From Candidatus Latescibacterota bacterium (GTDB lineage Bacteria; Latescibacterota; UBA2968): a stretch of DNA of 64,000 bases. Positions 58,087 through 64,000 of the stretch are shown piece after piece. The notes beneath the pieces are model-generated. The model ran no database searches. It was not told the origin of the DNA and worked only from the letters and a program-made list of their open reading frames with translations. The DNA is taken from positions 5,664,001-5,728,000 of the forward strand of contig OZ242320.1 in assembly GCA_965208125.1 (NCBI GenBank). Reading direction: 5' to 3'. A program made the translations under genes and the position numbers. How positions within the stretch are numbered: position 1 is the first letter of the stretch; the number at the start of each line of letters is the position of its first letter.

Positions 58087-60120
58087 ATGGCTAATACTAC
58101 CGAGGGTTTGACGACCCAATCGCTAAGTCTCACCGAAGAGCTCATCCTGATGCTCCTCAACGAGGAGACTGGCTACTTTCACCAGGTACCCGGCTGGCAT
58201 TTGAACTGCGCCGTGGTCGGTGCCGTGCTCGCAGAGCTTTCACTCAGATCGCGCATCGACACGGACCTGGAATCCCTATTCCTCGTGGACGAGTCGGAAA
58301 CGGGAAGACCTACCCTGGACCCCATTCTGAAAGAAATCGCAGCCGAATCTGTTCAACGGAACGCCCAGTACTGGATCGAACGGCTTGCTCCCCGTGCGGA
58401 ATCGATCATTGATTCGGTTCTGGACCGCCTGGTTGACCTGAAGATCCTGGAATATCACGACGGTGAATTCTGGACACTGGCTCCTACCGTCTGGCGTGGG
58501 GAACTGTCCAGCAAGTCGGAAGAGGGCACTGCAGGCCAGTTCATAAAAACGCGGATCAGCAGGATCATCTTCACCGACGAGATTCCCGATCCGAGAGATG
58601 TCATCATTATCTGCCTCGTCAATACCTGCGACGTCTTTCGTTTCATATTCCAGCTCGACGACGAGGCGGAGGAGCGCATCGAGTTCATCTGCAAGATGGA
58701 TCTGATCGGCCGCTCCCTGGCCTCTGCGGTCTCTCAGAACCTCGCCGGCCCAGCCCTTCGACGTCCTGCCCTTGCCAGGAAAATTCCGACGGTTTCGCTG
58801 CCCAAGCTGCTGCTGAACCCGCATAGTCGAGACGGCAACCTGAACGCGCTCTTCGGGAACCTTGCGGAGGAGTACGGTCCGGTGTTCCAGATCCGCCCTC
58901 CCTTCTCGAAGCCCATGATCTTCCTGGCCGGACTCGAGACAAACCGCTGGGTGCACAAGCGCGGGCGCATGTACCTGAGAGCCAGAGACTACTTCAGCGA
59001 CTTCGAGAAGGTCTACGGCGCGTCCGGCGTCCTGCCCGCCCTGGACGGAGCCGATCACTTCCGGCTTCGCCAGTCCCTGTCGCCCGCCTATTCTGCCGTG
59101 AGGCTGGGAGGGCAGCTAGACCAGCTCTACAATCAGGGGCGCAAATACATGGCGAGCTTGACGGTTGGGGACTCATACCGCGCCACGTCCATGTGCCGGG
59201 AGATGGTGAACGCCCAGCTCTCCCCACTGTTCATCGGCGTCGATACCCAGGACCTCATGGACGACCTGATGGCGTACAAGGAACGGGCCCTCAGCGTGCA
59301 CGTCGCCAAGCTCCTGCCCAGATTCACGCTGAACACCCCGGGCATGAGACGTCGGGCGAAAGCCCTGGACACACTGATGCAGCGGGTCCAGGACATCCAT
59401 ACCCCCGCCCAACGGGCGGACAGCCCGCGGGACCTGGTGGACGATTACCTCAGCCTGCACGCGAGCGACCCGCAGTTTCTCCCGGAGTCCAACCTGCTGT
59501 TCTCCTTTTCCGCGGCCTTGATTGCCAGCGTGTACCTCGGCGATACGTTCAGCCTCGTAGTCTACGCCATGGCGTCGCAGCCCGACCTCTACGCCAGAAT
59601 CCAGGCCGAAGCAGATGCCCTGTTCGCCAAGGGAGACCCCGAGAGAGAGGATTTCACCCCCGCCAACATTGACGTTACCCACCGCTTCCTCATGGAGTGC
59701 ATGCGCATGTACCCGATCGTCTCCATGTCCATTCGGAACGTGATGAATACGTGCGTGGTCGAGGACTACGAGCTGCCCATGGGGGAACGGATCCACATCG
59801 CCATGACCGCCACGCATTACATGAGCGAGGTCTTTCCCGACCCCTACAAGTTCGACATCGACCGCTACCTGCCGTCGCGCCATGAACACCGAAGCCCCGG
59901 GTACGCCCCGTACGGGCTGGGCACGCACAAGTGTCTCGGCACCCGGTGGATGGAGCTGCACCTGGCGGCCAACTTGCTGATGCTGGCGCACTACTTCACG
60001 ATTGAGGTGTCGCCAGCGCAGTACAAGCATAAGCTCCGTTTCAGTCCGTTCCCGTCGCTGAAACCGAGCAAGAAGCTGAAGTTCCGCATCTCCCAGCAGA
60101 GACGGGAGCTGTTCACCTGA
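58087..60120 (+). CDS. GPP34 (Golgi phosphoprotein 3)-like domain fused to cytochrome P450
   Basis: N-terminus LSLTEELILMLLN....G...GAVLAELSL..RI (GPP34-like); P450 ECMRMYP (ExxR), FDIDRY, YGLGTHKCLG heme motif. Start at ATG 58087 with RBS GGGAGG. Confidence 0.85.
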   Translation: MANTTEGLTTQSLSLTEELILMLLNEETGYFHQVPGWHLNCAVVGAVLAELSLRSRIDTDLESLFLVDESETGRPTLDPILKEIAAESVQRNAQYWIERLAPRAESIIDSVLDRLVDLKILEYHDGEFWTLAPTVWRGELSSKSEEGTAGQFIKTRISRIIFTDEIPDPRDVIIICLVNTCDVFRFIFQLDDEAEERIEFICKMDLIGRSLASAVSQNLAGPALRRPALARKIPTVSLPKLLLNPHSRDGNLNALFGNLAEEYGPVFQIRPPFSKPMIFLAGLETNRWVHKRGRMYLRARDYFSDFEKVYGASGVLPALDGADHFRLRQSLSPAYSAVRLGGQLDQLYNQGRKYMASLTVGDSYRATSMCREMVNAQLSPLFIGVDTQDLMDDLMAYKERALSVHVAKLLPRFTLNTPGMRRRAKALDTLMQRVQDIHTPAQRADSPRDLVDDYLSLHASDPQFLPESNLLFSFSAALIASVYLGDTFSLVVYAMASQPDLYARIQAEADALFAKGDPEREDFTPANIDVTHRFLMECMRMYPIVSMSIRNVMNTCVVEDYELPMGERIHIAMTATHYMSEVFPDPYKFDIDRYLPSRHEHRSPGYAPYGLGTHKCLGTRWMELHLAANLLMLAHYFTIEVSPAQYKHKLRFSPFPSLKPSKKLKFRISQQRRELFT

Positions 60121-60159
60121 CGACTTGCTCCTTGTGGAGCCAGGGGAAAACACCACGAA

Positions 60160-61194
60160 ATGCGACTGTGCAAACTGTCAAGAGAGTTGAGAGATGCGTA
60201 CCGGGGATCGGGCGTCGCACGTCGAGTGCAGCACTTCGACGGCTGGCTCGACCGGGCGGTGCTGGAGCCCGGTGGCGCGGGCGGGTACGATCACACGGAA
60301 ACAGTGAAAGACTATTACGACCTTTGTAGCGGGTTCATGGTGTGGGGCTGGGGCCAGTCCCTGCACTTCGCACCCCTCACGCCTCATGAGAGTCTGGAGG
60401 AGTCCAAGGTCCGGCATCAGCGGCTGATGATTTCCAAGTTGGAGCTGCAACAGGGTATGACGGTGGTCGACGTTGGTTGTGGAGTCGGCGCCCCCATGCG
60501 CCGCGTCGTCCGTGAGGCTGGTGTCAGGGTTGTAGGAATCAACATCAATGAGATCCAGTTGGAAGAGGCGAAGAGGTTGAACGCCGAGGCGGGGCTTGAT
60601 CACATGGTCGATTTCGAGACGTGCAGCTTCATGGACATGAGCACCATTGAGGACGACACCTTCGACCGGGGTTATGCCATAGAGTCAACGTGCCATGCAC
60701 CGGACAAGCAACGCGCCTTCGAAGAGGTATTCCGCGTGCTGAAACCCGGTGCCCTGTTCTGGGGGCAGGAAATGTGTCTGACGGGCAAGTTCGATCCGAA
60801 GGACGACCGGCATCGGGCCATCAAGGAGGATCTCAGGCGCGGCATTGCGCTGAGGGACATCGCCACCTTCGGGGAAGTGAATCACGCGCTCGGAGCCACG
60901 GGATTCCAAGTCATGGAAGGGATGGACCGGGCGATCCAGGAAGGACCCTCCACACCTTGGTATCAACCCATGGAGAGTCGCCATGGGACGGTCGGAAATG
61001 CCTTGCGCAGGCTTCCGTGGGGCCGTAAAGCGGTCATCACAGGATCGAAGCTGGCTGAAGTACTGCGGCTCTTTCCGAAGGGTTCCGCGGAAGTCATCCG
61101 ACTCCTAGATCGGACCGCGGAGGCTTATATCGCGGGCGGCAAGGCGGGTATCTTTACGCCGCTGTACTGTTTCTTGGCTCGCAAGCCTCTTTAG
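60160..61194 (+). CDS. Sterol 24-C-methyltransferase (SMT/Erg6-like)
   Basis: YYDL...F..WGWGQSLHFA, VDVGCGVGAPMR, YAIESTCHAP, VLKPG, WYQP, GGK.GIFTP......RKP. Confidence 0.9.
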   Translation: MRLCKLSRELRDAYRGSGVARRVQHFDGWLDRAVLEPGGAGGYDHTETVKDYYDLCSGFMVWGWGQSLHFAPLTPHESLEESKVRHQRLMISKLELQQGMTVVDVGCGVGAPMRRVVREAGVRVVGININEIQLEEAKRLNAEAGLDHMVDFETCSFMDMSTIEDDTFDRGYAIESTCHAPDKQRAFEEVFRVLKPGALFWGQEMCLTGKFDPKDDRHRAIKEDLRRGIALRDIATFGEVNHALGATGFQVMEGMDRAIQEGPSTPWYQPMESRHGTVGNALRRLPWGRKAVITGSKLAEVLRLFPKGSAEVIRLLDRTAEAYIAGGKAGIFTPLYCFLARKPL

Positions 61195-61385
61195 GCCCGC
61201 TTGGCGCGCCTTCGCGCGGGACCCTCAAGTCAGGGCCTCTCCGGAACCGCCAGCCGTATATGATGCGCCCGTAATAGTTGAACGAACGCTTTGCTGCGGG
61301 ATCGTCAAAATGGCCATTCGCCGCGGCATTGTCCCTGTCTCCCTGTTGCTTTAGCCTCTTATCTTGCGCCCTCATCGGCTACCGC

Positions 61386-62480
61386 CTAATCAGAGATCGA
61401 ATCCCCACTTCCCTTCGCAATCGTCGGATCGGGATAGAACTGCCGGCAATAGCGGCGGTATTTCCCTATAGGTCCGTCTGCCCGACACAGCCGGGGGGGA
61501 GTTCGATACCGCTTCTGTTCCCAGATCACCATATCCTGCAGGACATCCCGTTTCTGTTGTGACATCAAAATGCGATTCATCAGCCTGTGGCGCAGCTTCA
61601 TCGGCAGAAATCCCAGACCTGAGATGAATCGCCGGGGCCTGCGGATTTCCCGCAGTTGGCTGACCAGTGCAAGATCGATGAGGGTGCCGTCAATGGGCGT
61701 TGCGAGTACCCACAACCTCGCATCCATACCGATCGTCTTCTCGTGGATTTCGACGAAGGAGTAGCCCAGTCCATAGACATGGGTGATAGCCGAAGGTTCG
61801 TACACGAGGTCCTTTACACCCAGGATCCTGCGAACGCGTTTGAAGTCGAAGCAACTCTTCAAATAAGCACCATCTACCGTTACCGAACCGATCGGAGTCA
61901 CATTGTCGTAACCATGCACATAGCGCAGGTGTCCCAGATCCACAGAGTTCTCAGTTGTTTCCTGGGGATGTCCACGGAATCGGAGTATGTTGAATCTCAG
62001 TTCACACCACTCTTGTCCAGTGGCAGGCTCAGTCGGCAACTCCCACTGCGGCGGTCTGCCTCCACTCCCGAACCAGGCGAAGACCATGCCGAGTATCTCT
62101 CGCGTCTCATATACTTTCAGTTTCGCGGCTCTGGGTGCCGGAGCATTCGGAGTCGCAACGCATTGGCCAGTCACATCGTACTCAAACCCGTGAAATGGAC
62201 AGACGAGGCGACCGTTGCACACCTGGCCGCCGACCTCCGGCCCCATGTGCGAGCCCAGGTGCGGACATACCGCGTCGGCCACGCAGACGCGACCCGTATC
62301 GTCGCACCAGACGACGATTTCCTCGCCCAACCACGTCTTCTCGATCAGTTTCTCTCGCAGAATGGATTCGCGGCTTGCGACGAAATACCACCCCTCGGGG
62401 AACGCTGGTAGCGCATCAGCGCCATTCATGACTGGTCGATCAGTACTTCTGAGTAAGTCTGCTGATTCCGTAAAAGACAT
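61386..62480 (-). CDS. Rieske non-heme iron oxygenase/desaturase (Neverland/DAF-36/KshA-like)
   Basis: CPHLGSH...CPFHG Rieske motif; ENSVDLGHLRYVH iron motif; D..IWE.K.Y...P.L...DGPI..YRR...QFY tail. Confidence 0.88.
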   Translation of the reverse strand: MSFTESADLLRSTDRPVMNGADALPAFPEGWYFVASRESILREKLIEKTWLGEEIVVWCDDTGRVCVADAVCPHLGSHMGPEVGGQVCNGRLVCPFHGFEYDVTGQCVATPNAPAPRAAKLKVYETREILGMVFAWFGSGGRPPQWELPTEPATGQEWCELRFNILRFRGHPQETTENSVDLGHLRYVHGYDNVTPIGSVTVDGAYLKSCFDFKRVRRILGVKDLVYEPSAITHVYGLGYSFVEIHEKTIGMDARLWVLATPIDGTLIDLALVSQLREIRRPRRFISGLGFLPMKLRHRLMNRILMSQQKRDVLQDMVIWEQKRYRTPPRLCRADGPIGKYRRYCRQFYPDPTIAKGSGDSISD

Positions 62481-62565
62481 AAAGATCTCATTCCTGGAAG
62501 TTTCCCAAAGACGCCCTGAACAGCGCCGATGTCACGAGATATTCCCGTGCAAAATTACCAAAATC

Positions 62566-62602
62566 TATAAGCTATTTACTGCAGGTGGACAAGGTGAAAG
62601 AT
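62566..62602 (-). promoter_or_regulatory. Putative sigma70 promoter upstream of the Rieske gene; right copy of the 37-bp direct repeat
   Basis: Minus strand TTGTCC-17 bp-TATAGA, beginning 1 nt after the lptD-like stop codon. Confidence 0.6.
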
Positions 62603-62603
62603 T

Positions 62604-64000
62604 TTATATCCCAAACCCTCCGCGTCGGTGCTCAAATTTTATTTGCGGGATGTCCTTAATATTGATCTTAAAAAAGAAACCCTTATTAAAACCTGCGGGA
62701 TACCACGAAAACCGAGCTTCCCAACAGTGGAGATCGCGGTAAAGCGATAGGCTTTGCGCCGAGATTTTGGCATCGGGCAGAACATCAATATTGATCGAAT
62801 AGTCAATTCTTATGAATTGGCGAGGATTGATGCCAATATCTGCTTTGATCCAGGATGTTTTGCTCGTTGTATTGCCGAATCGCCGCATCGCAATATAATG
62901 AGAGAGATTGAATCGCCACGGCTGGCTGGCACCGCCAAAATCGCTGTACAAATCGCGCTCAAAGCCAAAATCTGCGCCATATCCCCCCCTGTATCCACCG
63001 CCATATCCAGCATCATATCCAGTATCATACCCAGGATCATATCCATCGGGAAGAGCGGACTGGATAACCATATTGTCTCGTCCACCTTGACCACCGGAAA
63101 AACGAAAATTGGAGGTAATCGTCAGGTTCTGCAGACGCGGATGCAAAAGCGACCGCTGGCCTGTGCTGTCATAGAGCGTATGGGTCATCGCAATGCGGAC
63201 ATCCACGCGACGATCGGGTTTGAGAGACGCGCTGGCGCGAAGCGGACGCCATTTTTGTCTCGGCGCGTCAAAATCGTATCCCGTTGACAGATTGAGCGTC
63301 GCCAGAGTAAAACGACGCACATCGTCGTCGCGCTGGGTTTTGAGTTCAAAAGTATTGCCGATATTAAAATTTATGCTGCGTCTGGCATCATCCCATCTGC
63401 GATTGCCCCCAAAACCCATAGTCCCCTGAAATATGCTTCCCGATTGGTTGTAATTGAAATTCATCCGGGGCTGAAAGCGATGCCGAATGCCGCGTAACCG
63501 GCCGATTTGCGGTTGGAAAATGCCGTATAATGTCGTGCCCGAAGTCAGTGTCGCATTGTAAGACGTGCGTCGGGTTGTCGAATCGGTATCGCTATATATA
63601 AACTCTTCGCCAAAATTAAAGCTCGGTGTGAGATTGAGCCACCCCATAGGACGGTGTTGGCTGTTGACTGTGACGCGGTTTTGAAGAGAGACGCGCTCCG
63701 TATTGGGCGCTGGATCGGGGTTGCGCGCAAAATTATTGGACAGCGTGCTCGAAAAACCGTAGTAAAAGGCGCGATACCACGGTCCTGTAACAGATGTCAT
63801 TTCATTGTTGCCAAATATGCGGCGTCTATTTTGTCTAAAGCTGAGACGGGGAAAACCTTGAAAGCTATTGTTTTTTGTCCTCAGGTCGCGGTAATACGTC
63901 AAACTGCCATCAATGCTGCGTCCGGATTCTGTCCAACGTTTGTCAAAAGAAAAGCTGGACCTCAGTTGCCGATTGAGATAGCGATAAAGATTATTGCTAT
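62604..64000 (-). CDS. lptD: Putative LPS-assembly protein LptD-like barrel (5'-truncated by window edge)
   Basis: Frame stays open from 63902 to the window end; TTLYG.F, IRH...P, RDLHCWE..F.W.P.G....F.F.I.IK motif typical of FCB-group LptD-like proteins. Confidence 0.75.
   Translation of the reverse strand, partial: SNNLYRYLNRQLRSSFSFDKRWTESGRSIDGSLTYYRDLRTKNNSFQGFPRLSFRQNRRRIFGNNEMTSVTGPWYRAFYYGFSSTLSNNFARNPDPAPNTERVSLQNRVTVNSQHRPMGWLNLTPSFNFGEEFIYSDTDSTTRRTSYNATLTSGTTLYGIFQPQIGRLRGIRHRFQPRMNFNYNQSGSIFQGTMGFGGNRRWDDARRSINFNIGNTFELKTQRDDDVRRFTLATLNLSTGYDFDAPRQKWRPLRASASLKPDRRVDVRIAMTHTLYDSTGQRSLLHPRLQNLTITSNFRFSGGQGGRDNMVIQSALPDGYDPGYDTGYDAGYGGGYRGGYGADFGFERDLYSDFGGASQPWRFNLSHYIAMRRFGNTTSKTSWIKADIGINPRQFIRIDYSINIDVLPDAKISAQSLSLYRDLHCWEARFSWYPAGFNKGFFFKINIKDIPQIKFEHRRGGFGI

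Noticed and set aside
55521-60156. Several 200-380 aa minus-strand ORFs in the RND/P450 region
   Set aside because: Expected stop-poor shadows in GC-rich coding DNA; no recognisable domains.

Overview
Bacterial genomic window. Its content (many secreted WD40/Fn3/cadherin/LRR proteins with dockerin-like tags, sulfatases, a sterol methyltransferase) resembles marine sponge-symbiont lineages such as Latescibacterota/Gemmatimonadota/Poribacteria; this taxonomy is inference only. Layout: (1) 1-17.6 kb: seven co-oriented repeat/adhesin/peptidase genes that all carry the same paired EF-hand (dockerin-like) module, one also with a cohesin-like domain. (2) 17.8-28.2 kb: operon with three Omp85-type barrels, two atypical kinase-like domains, a patatin, a DUF4956-like membrane protein and an SdiA-regulated-type propeller. 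(3) 28.2-35.1 kb: two sulfatases, MFS transporter, DUF1015 protein, geranylgeranyl reductase. (4) 35.2-45.7 kb: AT-richer defence-like island flanked by a 29-bp direct repeat. It holds an RtcR-like sigma54 activator, two sigma54 promoters, two diverged copies of an ABC-ATPase(DUF3696) + PLD-like cassette with a conserved structured leader, a GIY-YIG nuclease, an unannotated Fst-like 31-aa peptide, a PD-(D/E)XK nuclease fused to an antitoxin-like tail, and RelE. (5) Housekeeping on the minus strand: glyA under a ZMP/ZTP riboswitch, flippase, priA, rodZ, maf, dtd, lptD-like. (6) 53.4-62.6 kb: GC-rich insert between dtd and lptD, flanked by a duplicated promoter, encoding an RND pump, a GPP34-P450 fusion, a sterol C24-methyltransferase and a Neverland/KshA-like Rieske enzyme, i.e. 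a candidate bacterial sterol-tailoring system. No tRNA, rRNA, CRISPR array, integrase or transposase was recognised. All family calls come from motif recognition by eye, not database searches.
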